Shown one piece after another: positions 12,901 through 51,056 of a stretch of DNA of 64,000 nucleotides. The translations under genes and the position numbers were made by a program. The number at the start of each line of letters is the position of its first letter. Within the stretch, counting starts at the first letter, position 1. Source of the stretch: Nitrospirales bacterium (lineage in GTDB: Bacteria; Nitrospirota; Nitrospiria; Nitrospirales; UBA8639). The notes beneath the pieces were generated by a model. It saw nothing but the letters and a program-made list of their open reading frames with translations, made no database searches and was not told where the DNA came from. The stretch covers positions 1,088,001 through 1,152,000 of the forward strand of contig CBDBCZ010000017.1 in NCBI GenBank assembly GCA_965203295.1, written 5' to 3'.

Positions 12901-15900
12901 TTGACACCAGAACCTAGCTGAAAAACCAATGCAGACCCCGCGTGCTTACTTCACTGAAACACACACTGCAGACCTGGAAATAACCAAACTTAGTCTATGC
13001 ATATGACTAATTTCACATGTTCAACACATATGTATGCAGCTGCAAGCAGCTAGCTACTTAATGAACATGGTATGTTATCTGAGAGACATAATAGCTTCAA
13101 TGTTTACTTTTACTGCAGGGAGGGGTGGTTTAAGGGAAGTCTTGGGGAGTACGAAAACAGTATGTTGTTGGTTGATCGATTTACACACTTTATAGTTGCT
13201 TGTCTTGCTGGGTGTAGCTATCTGTAAGAATGCTTGGACCACTCACAACTGCTGTTTATACCAGAAGTGGTTTCATTCCTTGTGTGGGGTGCTCAGTGGG
13301 AGGATGTGCAAAAGGAGTGCCCCATAGGAGCTAGGTTGGTATGCTTTGTAGTAGGGTACGCCTATTTTGAGATGTAGAAGAGCTCATAGTTTCATATACA
13401 TGCATAGCTACGTACTTCCATTACAACATGTGACACTCAAGCAACATTACATGCTGTAATAAACTAGTATAGCTTCAATAGATAGGCCGAACAATAACTA
13501 CATTATTATACTTCTGGTACTACTTTTGCCTCCATCTGTACAATAAATCTGTGGTGTAATAAAGTGTAGTTGCATATGCTGTATTAAACTAGTATAGCTT
13601 CAAAAAACAGGCTGAACTATAACTATACTTCTTGCTAGTTTGCAATACTTTTGCCTCCATCTGCACATTAAATCTGCGGGTGCAATAACGTACAACAGCT
13701 GTAGCCAGCAATTTCAAGTTCTACTCTGCAGCTGCTTTGCATTTTGTGGCTATAGCTATTGCGTAAAAAAAAAGAAAAACAGTAATACTTTTCAAACCGC
13801 ACAAGACAAAGCTTTGTGGAAGCCTTGGAATGAGGCCACAACTGATATCCTGCATCGACCAACATTAATAACTTGGCAGTCTCAGTACTTCACTCTTTAC
13901 CAGCCAACAGCATATATTTTATTTATGTGCCCATATAAAATTTCTGTACTTTATATGATATGCATTGGGGGGAATCTTTGGCAGTTAACTATCCTCAGTA
14001 CTTAAGTATGCAGTCAGATTCACTAACTTGTGTGATGGAGTATGTAACGACCATATCTTTGTGTGCACAGGTGCTTATCATGCTGAGAAAGCCCATCCTC
14101 CTCAAGAGAAACACGCACCGGCATACTCTTTTGGCAAGAGGACACATATACCCAGCAGACACCCTACACCGTCTCCTAGCGCCTACACTCTGCCCTCACT
14201 AATCGGGCCTAACACCATTGGAAAGAAGTCCGTTCCAGCTTACTCCATGACTGGGAGACCCAAGGTTGGAGGTTTTGCTGAGGACCTCAGAAAGGTATAA
14301 AACACCCCAGTATCAGACATACTTAGCCTCGTACCCAGGCCCCTCCCACTTCTGGGTACGAGGCTACTGACATACTATGCTATACATGCAGGACCAATCC
14401 TACTTCCTATGTTTTCCTTTGCCATCATGGTGATGCACCACGTATATCATACTAAGTTACACAGGACCAATCCTGCTCGTATGTTTCCTTTGAATCGTGG
14501 TGATACACCACATACAGTGGAGCTCACCTTTAAGGACACCCCTGATTTTGAATTAAGGACACTTTGCTATATCCCTGAAATGAGGCCACTTCTCTATACA
14601 ATACACTTTACCAGGTCCCCAAGGTGCCCACAATAGAGTGGTTTCACTGTATATCCTACTATGTTACACAGGACCAATTTGCCTTCTTTCCTTTGCCACC
14701 ATGGTGATGCAGCATGCAAGTGATTGGATATGTATCTCTTACCTAAAAAATGTTCAAGTTAGGGTTATAGGGTTTACCATAGTCTCAGAGGCTCCACAAT
14801 TTTAAATTTTCCTGCAATGCTACACATCATTCCCCAGACTCCTACCATTTGTGTCAGTAGCGCACACTATACGTAAATGAGCTGAATTTAATCATTAAAA
14901 CCCTGTAGACTCCTCCACCAGGCTCGTATGGAGTAGTGGATTCACAGGTTTACAGAACCAGAAGTCCTTCCTATTCAATGCTCGGGAGGAACTTTCCTCC
15001 AGAAGACCACACCAAGAAACCTGACCCCGGAACATACAGCCCTGAGAAGGTAAGGCTGAATGATTTATTGATAGTTCTTCACCTTGTTGTTCAAAGAGCA
15101 TAAGCCATACATTTTACTGTATGTATGCTATAAAGAATTACAATAATTGTTGGTGTTAATATAAAGTATGGGCTTTCTTTTGTTTCTTTGGGCAGTAAAA
15201 TGGCCTATACCGGTATAATATAAACTTATATGGGCCTTTAGGTCTCTATCGGTTCATGAATTACCAACCATAAGAAACAGCTTAAAGAAGCAGAATTGCC
15301 TGTACTATTAAGTATTAACGCCTAATATTAAAACTTCCATATAAATTCATATGGGCTTATGGGAGCTCATGACGCATATATGCGTCATTGGTTGGTAAAG
15401 AGTTAAGGAATGCTGAAGATTAGAGTTGCAAACCTATGAATTCAATGATATAGAAATGAAACTTTAGAGTATATACATGTAGAATCACTGTGTAGAAAGA
15501 TCATTATAGCATACATATGGCCATACACACAATTAAAACAAAGCAATTGTTAAGGGATACCCTGATCATGAGGATGAGAGGTACAGAAACAGAAAGTTAT
15601 AAAACAACACAAAACATGAAAGTATATAGTAAGAATGGACTTGGTTTTATACCCAGAATCAGTTATCTTTTGTGCATGTAGCCTTGCCGACTTGAGTTAC
15701 GTGTAGAGACGAACTTTACTGAGATCACTGGTACCATCCATACAAACAGGTTCCATGTTTATTTATCATACAAGTCTTCCCAATGACATGAGTAAATGAA
15801 CTTAAAAGGTATATGCATGAGAGTGTACTCTTTATAAGCTAGTCATGTAAACTCTTCCTATGCAGGTGTCGGTCAACCGAAAGCAATCACCATCTTACTC

Positions 15901-15955
15901 GTTTGGAATCAAACATTCAGAGTATATTGCTCCGGTTCTAAAATTTGTTGTATAA
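9997..15955 (+). CDS. ODF3: Outer dense fiber protein 3-like / CIMAP1 (SHIPPO-repeat ciliary microtubule-associated protein), 266 aa, 5 coding exons
   Basis: Exons 9997-10117, 10825-11049, 14071-14294, 14909-15049, 15866-15955, all GT-AG and in frame (801 nt). Repeated PGP/PSP-x-Y and PAYSF/PSYSM motifs (GPGPAVY, SPAFSFG, TPGPCAY, APAYSFG, TPSPSAY, PAYSMTGR, PDPGTY, SPSYSFGIKHS). Confidence 0.9.
10540..10760 (-). mobile_element. Second copy of the tRNA-Thr(AGT)-like dispersed repeat (ODF3 intron 1)
   Basis: Reverse complement reads GGACTCCAGTAGTTCAGTGGTAAGCACATCTGACTAGTATTCAGAAGGTCTTGGGTTCAATCCCCAGCTGGGTCC then a T-run. Flanks match 2960-3165. Confidence 0.65.
11553..12190 (+). repeat. 59-bp minisatellite x9 made from the left end of a CAGTGG-type MITE, followed by the MITE body and right end
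   Basis: Unit ATACAGTGGAACCCCTCTATTGCGGACACCTTGCATGGGGACCTGGTGAAGTGTCCTGT. The array ends ~12084, then GTGTCCTTTAAGAGGGGATCCACT matches the right end of the 6487-6624 MITE. Confidence 0.9.
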
Positions 15956-16960
15956 TGACTGTATTATGTATTTGTATTTACAGTTTACGTTTTGTAGGTC
16001 AATGTGCTTATATGGTGCAATATTTATAGCTGTTCAAAGTATGTGTAGCAATGTCATGTATAGCTATAATCGAAGCTTTTCTGTTATTTGTTATCACTGC
16101 GAACAGTCCTCCCTGACATATTATAACAGCTACGTGGTTGTGTATTGATTGAATTTGTATTAATTGTGTAGCACAAAACTGCATTGGACATTTTTTTTCG
16201 ATGAATCAGTACTAATACAGTTCAGAGATTTGGTACCTCAATGGACACACTTGGTATATAATATTATCAAGTCCACAACAGAATCCCAAATAAATGCAAG
16301 GAAAATGCACATGGGTCTACGGGACCTCTATATAATGCTATGTGCACACTGTAGTCATTTTGCAAAGTTAATACAGGGCCAAAAGTGGAATTTCCTGAAA
16401 TTCATCTCAAGGGAAGTTGAAGGAATTTAAAGTACAGAACGGTATAGGATAGGGTATAACTTCAATGGAAATTGTATGTACCCCTATTGATCCTATACAG
16501 CCCTGTACATTAAATATCAAATATTAAATATTCTGTAACTTTCCTTTAAGGTATGACAGGAGTTTCGGGTTGCAAGGTATAAACAGCTGTATTTTGGTCA
16601 TCCGTTATACTATTCTGTTCAAATTTGAAATATAGCATGTACATCCTTTCTATTTTGAGTCCACCAATTGTCAGGATCTGCAGGAAAGTCTGGAAAAGAA
16701 GACAGTTTCAGAGAGGCAATACTTGAAATTTTTGAAACACACGCTATCTCAGTAAAGGAAGGCAGGATGAGAGTTTGGTTTGTGACATTGTGGACCTTTT
16801 GTTGTTAGTTAACTTTTCAGCGCAAGCCGCCTTGCGCGGGGATACGTAGCCCTGTCCGCCCGTGGTAAAAGATTTTCCCCATAACAATGACGTAACGCAT
16901 CAATTTTCATTATGTGCGGGGGCGGCAGCGGCGGCCTACGATTCATACGTGCACGTACAT

Positions 16961-17348
16961 ATGGTGAGTCTGTATACCAAGTTTGAGAAGCTAGTTTTAC
17001 TTCTGGAGTGCAAAACAGCCGGATAAAGCCACCCCCTAGAATTTTTTACCTACATGGATCCAGCCTGTCTTGCTGAAAAGTGCTTTTAGCCATACTTTTT
17101 GCGGAAAATCGCTGAGGATCAACGAGAGCGACGTCCGACATGCCTGCGGGAGCTATATAGAAGAATACCAGGCCGAGCTGGAACAGCGTCTCCGTGATGG
17201 CACCGTGCCGCATTGCATCCCGGTACAGTCTGAGAATCCAAACAGTGTGGAGGTTGTCCTCGGAGGGAAGAAATGCAAGTGTGGGTCTACTACACATCAA
17301 CGCGTTTCGCACCGTGAGTGCCCCCTGAACAAGAAGAGACAGCAGTAG
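16961..17348 (+). pseudogene. Small transposon-borne gene with C-terminal CxC-H-H-C zinc-knuckle-like motif; premature stop
   Basis: ATG|GTGAGT at 16961, acceptor at 17018, frame PDKATP*NFLPTWIQPVLLKSAFSH...GKKCKCGSTTHQRVSHRECPLNKKRQQ*. A single in-frame TAG at 17037. Confidence 0.45.
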
Positions 17349-17540
17349 CCATGCCGACAGACTGTAAGTATTGCCTCTCCGGAACGCCTTCTTCACACTT
17401 TCTTGCAGAACCTGACAACTGTTGATATGATTTCGTGTCTATATAGTATGATTAATTTCTTGATGTCCTACATGTAATAACCCAAAAAGACAACAGACAT
17501 AAACACAACTAGCTAGGCAAGAGTTAGAGTCGATAGTTCT

Positions 17541-18144
17541 TCATTTGACTCTCTTGGCAGCCTTGCTTGTCTTTGTGGCAGGCCACTTGGCATGCCACAA
17601 GTCACTGTACGTGATAGTGTACACCTGCATTGGTAATAGTACATAGGATAAACAGATTTGATATTCAGGTTGTTAAGTTTGAGAGTACCTGGGGTCCGAC
17701 TGGATCCTGCCAGTCCTTGACACACTCTGGGAATTTGGCCCTCACCACTGCCTTGAGAGCACTGGGGAACACATACGATGGAGTGCGCCCATCAGGCTTT
17801 GCCCCAAGGGCTTTGCCAGACCCGTACTGTGGAGAGCCGACAGGTATTATCAAGGCTTTGTATCAATGCACGGTGTTAGAGAATACTACGTACCCAAAGT
17901 ATGCCGAAAAGGCGCTTGTACAGTGCCTTTCTGCCCCCTTCATGGGCAAAATTTTTCAATAGGCGCTCCAGTCCAGGAGGAACACCTTCAAATCTGAAAA
18001 TTTTGTGTTTGTGGACGGGTGAGAGTTCATTGCATGCACTCCACAAATGGAAATGTACTCCATGGCTTACCCGCTTGTCCGGAAGGCTGACTGAAGCTGC
18101 AGTAGTGCAGCCTCCAGTGGAAGGCTGGAAGAGCCACTAGCCAT
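17541..18144 (-). CDS. Transposon-borne 131-aa protein, KolX / P2X7 ballast-like, 4 exons
   Basis: Exons 18144-18071, 17993-17894, 17826-17689, 17624-17541, joined by GT-AG introns of 77, 67 and 64 bp, give one open frame from ATG to TGA: MASGSSSLPLEAALLQLQSAFRTSGFEGVPPGLERLLKNFAHEGGRKALYKRLFGILWYGSGKALGAKPDGRTPSYVFPSALKAVVRAKFPECVKDWQDPVGPQVYTITYSDLWHAKWPATKTSKAAKRVK. Pattern R..Y....W...LG...R...P.....R..FP. Confidence 0.7.
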
Positions 18145-19056
18145 AGCAAGAGCTTGAGCTTGTAGATTTTCGTCCGCTTTTTAATTTCTATGCGGCTAGC
18201 TATTAGTACACGTGGCCTGATTATGTGTGCGCGCGCGCGTGCGTCATACCGCAGTTATGTAATCTTGTTATGATTACTGTAACAACAATGGTGTGTAAAA
18301 ATGTTATTACAACGTGTGTTCATGGTGCGTTGTCAAGGGGACTGGGCTGCAACTCTTTCACTTTGCAGACTTTCATGATGGTTTTGGTACTGTACTAGAC
18401 ACTACTAAACATATTTCCACTTTGTAGCTACTTTCAAGGGGCTGACCTAAACTCCTGTCCTACCTTAAGATGTATTTCAAGAAGTTAAACCTTTGCCCAG
18501 CGTACTGTATGAGCAAGCTGAGATGATAGCCGGCATGATTAATTAAACACTTTGCAATCAGTTCAACATGTCTATCAATCCACTCTGTGGGAGCTATTGT
18601 CTCCTTTCAGGTATGTAGTGCTATGGTACCTGATGGTCAATCAACATTGTTTTTATTTGCACAATGCAGTTAAAATGTTTGTACCGTTAAGCCACACCAA
18701 GGCATGCACCTTTTGCCTCCTGTATACACACCATTATCTCTGCCCATTCGTCACACTTATACTTGGAAGTGTGGTCACCTGCTTGACATATCGACTTGTG
18801 AGGCATAATAGCATCTGATTCTATAATACGTAACTACATGACAGTTGCTATGTACAATATAGTCAAAAAGTATGCTATACAACTTAAAGGGAAAAACATT
18901 ACATGTAACACGCATGTAGTCTGCTTTGCTGTAAAAGAGTTTCTAAACTATATAAAGTCACACACTTAAAATTGTCCAAACTCGATCAACACACAAATTC
19001 TAGATAAAATGGGATCTATATGTACTAGCAAAGCAATTCACGGCTTTTGCAATCTT

Positions 19057-24769
<5,713 letters not shown>

Positions 24770-24959
24770 CGTGAGAAGAGCTAGCTAGTACTCGCCGAGC
24801 AAATTAACTCTCCAGCAGGTGGGCAGTGTCCGCGCATGCGCATGCACTCGTGCAGGTGTCGTCACGTGCACTGTTGGAGGGATTTCCTGTAACTTTTCCT
24901 TCGAGACACATTAAATGAAAGCCTGGCCCAGCATACTGAATGTGCAAGCTGTCCGGCAT

Positions 24960-25419
24960 AATTGAAGGGCTGAGAATCAGAGTGGTCTAACCCATTTAAA
25001 GAAACTTCCTCCTCCCAAACTTGAGACAAAAAAATATAATATGAATACCTGATCTGAGTACGTAGCTATGGGGGTAGGAGTTGGTCCACAAAGTGGTGAT
25101 ATTTGGCATTCCATATAAATTATGTACAAATTGTGAGTCTTTAATCTAGTCACATGGGACTAAACACAGTAACTGGAGTGACGTTCCTGGAACCTTCTCC
25201 AGTTACTATGTTGAGTCCCTTGATATAGCAGATGAGACTCACAAAAATGTACTACATGTCAAGTGACACCACTTCGAGGTCTAACTCTTACCTACATACA
25301 GCAATGAAAGATTTCACATTATTTATCATACACTCATACACTTTAAAGTACAATTATGCACTTTCCAGTAGCTACTCCATTTGAGTAGGCCCATGCACTA
25401 TGGCTCTCAGCCTTCAATT
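24960..25419. mobile_element. MITE with ATTGAAGG(G)CTGAGA termini
   Basis: AATTGAAGGGCTGAGA ... TCTCAGCCTTCAATT. Relatives at ~20771-21370 and 42637-42856. Confidence 0.65.
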
Positions 25420-25856
25420 ATGCAATCAGCTCAGCTACCACAAACCTTCCACTTTTGGAATGCGAGCATCACACATGCATGCAGTGTGAGCCACTGCCCC
25501 TGCTTAGGTATGTTCGTGACACAGTATACAAACCTGCTTGTTAATATACATGTAGCATTATCTATAATACATAACTCCATGTTTTCACTTCTGCAAGTAG
25601 ACAGTTAAGAAAAAGCATATAGCTAGTTGTATGTAAAAAGGGAGAAAAACTAAGTCATTATATATACGTATACATGATTGCACATGCAGTTTGCATTGTT
25701 GGCATGGCTATATAGCTACTTTTATCTTATAGATAAGCTTTACAAATCACATAGTTCAAACTCAACACACAATATTTCTAGTTGGAGTCCCTGTATGTAC
25801 TAGTGCAGCAAGTCACTGCTCTACGCATGTGCAGCCAGTTTGTTGTGCAATCTCCT

Positions 25857-31800
<5,944 letters not shown>

Positions 31801-32483
31801 CGTGAGAAAAGCTAGTTAGTACGTATATAGCTACTCGCCGAGCAAATTAACTCTCCAGCGGGTGATCAGTGTCCGCGCATGCGCACTCGTGCAGGTGTCG
31901 TCACAGTCGTGGGGAGGAAGGAATTCGAACTTTCCTTCTCAAGGCGCATTAATTTCATACAAGAAATGAAAACTTGGCCCAGTGTACCGTATGTGCAAGC
32001 TGAGATGATAGCCAGCATAATTTAAAAAAAAAATTATGCGAACAGCTCAGCTACCAAACCTTCCAATAATTTTGGAATACGAGCACCGTACCTGCATGCC
32101 ATGGGAGCCATCAGGTATGGATGTGATACAATATATGAACCTGCTGGCTAATAACATTAATTAAACATGTATAGCTAACTCCATGTGTTCACTTCAGAAT
32201 CTGCGAGAAGACAAATTTGAATATAAGAAAAAGCATATTATTAATAGTTGAATATATGCAGAAACTAAAGGGGGAAACTTAGCCATTATATACATGATTG
32301 TAGCTACATGCTGTTTGCATTGTTGGCATGGCTATATATCTACTTTTATCTTATAGATAAGCTTTACAAATCACATAACTAAAAAGGTTCAAACTCAACA
32401 CACACTTTCTAGTTGGAGTCCTTGTATGTACTAGTGAAGCAAGTCACTGCTCTATATGCAACCAGTTTGTTGTGCAATCTCCT

Positions 32484-38823
<6,340 letters not shown>

Positions 38824-38888
38824 CGTGAGAAGAGCTACGTAGCTTGTACTCGCCGAGCAAATTAATTCTCCAGCAGGTGGGCAGTGTT

Positions 38889-38900
38889 TGCGCATGCGCA
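38889..38900. promoter_or_regulatory. NRF1-type palindrome TGCGCATGCGCA upstream of copy C (equivalents upstream of A, B, D/E, F)
   Basis: Perfect at 38889 and 50967; CGCGCATGCGCA at 24831 and 31874; all within ~60-90 bp of an ATG. Confidence 0.5.
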
Positions 38901-39139
38901 CTCGTGCAGGTGTCGTCACTGTCGTGGGGCGCCAGGAACTTTCCTTCTCAAGCGCATTAATTTCAGGAAATGAAACCTTGGCCCGGTGCTGTAGGTGCAG
39001 GCTGAGATGATAGCCGGAATAATTAAACAATTTTCATGCGATCAGCTCATGATCAGCTAACACAGACCTTCCAAGTTTGGATTGTGCAGCATCGTACCTG
39101 CATGCCATGGGAGCAACTGCCCCTGCTCAGGTATAGGTT

Positions 39140-39560
39140 AGATAATTTTGATTTTTGTCAGAAAGTGTCTCTTAAACCAACAGGCTAGTCTCCCAGAGAA
39201 TCCTGATTGGTACAACATATACAATTGCGACATATGCACAAAAAAAAATGTACATACAAATTCAAACAAAAGAAATTATGCTAATCAAGACCCACTATAC
39301 ATGTACTGCTGAGAAATGTAGACTTGCAAGTGTTTCTTGAAGTTGGCTGTACTCTGAATAGTCCTTATGTCTGCAGGCAGACTATTCCAACCCTGAGCAG
39401 CTCTAAACATGAATGATTTTTTCAGAAAATTCTTGTTTACTGTACTTCGGTATACATGTACAGATTTCCTTGTCCACATGTCTGACTAGATTGATAGACT
39501 TTAGCTTGTCCCTCAGGTAGCCTGAAGCATTCCCTATCCTACATAGGTTTATAGCATTAT
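39140..39560 (-). mobile_element. 5'-truncated LINE (L2/CR1 group) ORF2 C-terminal remnant
   Basis: KKSFMFRAAQGWNSLPADIRTIQSTANFKKHL matches the SF..RA...WN.LP..IR......FK..L end of RT ORF2. Frameshifted; absent from the paralogous spacers. Confidence 0.75.
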
Positions 39561-39871
39561 CTTTTATAATATATATTGTGGTTAATAGCATTATCTTTTA
39601 CTCCATGTGTTTACGTCTGCAAGCAGACAATATGAAAAAGCATATTATAGTTGTATGTAGAAAGAGAAAAACTTAATACATGATTGTACAATCATGCAGT
39701 TTGCATTGTTGGCATGGCTATAGAGAAGCTACATGCATACAAATCACAAACTAAGTAACCAAAATGGTTTAAACTAAACCGTGACACAATTTCTAGTTGG
39801 AGTTCCTGTATGTACTAGTGAAACAAGTCACTGCTCTACGCATGTGCAACCAGTTTGTTGTGCAATCTCCT

Positions 39872-44373
<4,502 letters not shown>

Positions 44374-44593
44374 CGTGAGAAGAGCTAGCTAGTACTCGCC
44401 AAGTATAAAATTGTGGCTATATCGACATTTCAATGGGCAGTGTCCACGCATGCGCACTCGTACACTAGAGCAGGAAGTCGCGAGAGATGAGGGACTCCCC
44501 CTCTTATGACGCCCTTTTTTTAATAGAGCAAAGTTGCTTAATTAATTGTATGCACGATTATCATAGCGCCCTTGCTAGAAGCCAGAAAGGACG
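44374..44593. promoter_or_regulatory. Compact bidirectional promoter between copies D and E with NRF1-like and ETS-like motifs
   Basis: ATGs are 220 bp apart. CACGCATGCGCA at 44445-44456; CAGGAAGT at 44471-44478. Confidence 0.55.
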
Positions 44594-49858
<5,265 letters not shown>

Positions 49859-51056
49859 AAGATTGCAAGACAATCTTTGGGTTGTGAGCGTAGCAGTGAT
49901 TACTGTAACTTGTAGTGTAATAGATATAGCCACTGTCTTTTCGACTAGCTACAATTTCTGTTGAGTTTAGACTATTTAATTTTTCCCTTGACTTATAGCA
50001 GCCACTTGCAATCCATTCATTTAAAAGGTAAAAGTACATCGTAATGCTTGGCAAAATTATTATGATAAGCGTGGTTACCATATGCATAACGTTGAACTGC
50101 TCCCTGACAACAAAATTAAAGTTGTATGTATATAGCCACCATAAGTCTGTGCTTTTGCAATTATGCACAGTACACTTTGGTGCAGGCATTTCAGGTTACG
50201 TGAGTAGTAATTGAAATCTCAAAATTAATGCATGTATTTGAATTCCAATATCCTAATTAGTTTTACCACCAATTGTTTCACCGCTAAAGCATTTATATCA
50301 CATAGCTTGCTTGGTTTTAAAGCATGGACTACATTAATTAACCCATTATGTGCACGGTCTCTTTCAGGTTTAATTGTACTCCAGTTTGACTGCAGTACCT
50401 CAATTTGAAAGTGGCTGCATGCATTTGGTGAATACTATTATCAAGCCTGACTGAGAATGTTACTGTACACAAATATCCAGAGGGAGGATTGAATAATAGG
50501 TATTATAGCTATTCACTCTATGATTTTTGTCACATGAATGTTGATACTCCTGTGGGCCTTTAATATAATATGCATGTGAGGCAAAGTTTAGCTAATGGAT
50601 CTGACCTCTATACCCAATGGACCAAAATGCACTAACATGTGAAATGAATAATGTATAATACTCCATCACCTGATTTTAGAACAAGAATTAAACATTATTT
50701 ACAGACAAGCATGCATGAAATTAGTCTCGTACCCAGACCCACGTTAAAATGGGACATACTCTGGGGCATTTTGAGACACTAGTCTTATTATTAAGCTTTA
50801 ATACACATGATAGCTATGTTACCAGTTACCATTATACGTAATAGTGTAACAAAGTATACACAAGACTCTCATACACAATACAAATATTTCCCAACTACCT
50901 GACATCACTACGCATACAGCCTTACTTCCAACCCCAGGCTTCCACCCAGCCCTAGCTATGCCGGCGTGCGCATGCGCATACGTGCACGAGCATGGGACTC
51001 CCCCTCCAATGCCTAATTGGTGCAAAGTTGCTTATTAGCCATTGCCAAAAAGGACG

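Larger units (their letters stand above)
16550..18464. mobile_element. Kolobok-like non-autonomous DNA transposon (1915 bp)
   Basis: TTAA|GGTATGACAGGAGTTT ... AAACTCCTGTCCTACC|TTAA (15/16 TIR match, TTAA TSD, RR..YY termini). Contains two convergent small spliced genes. Confidence 0.75.

Noticed and set aside
24812..24826. CTCF-like motif CCAGCAGGTGGGCAG in promoters of A and C
   Set aside because: Imperfect, not conserved in all copies, and the host may lack CTCF.
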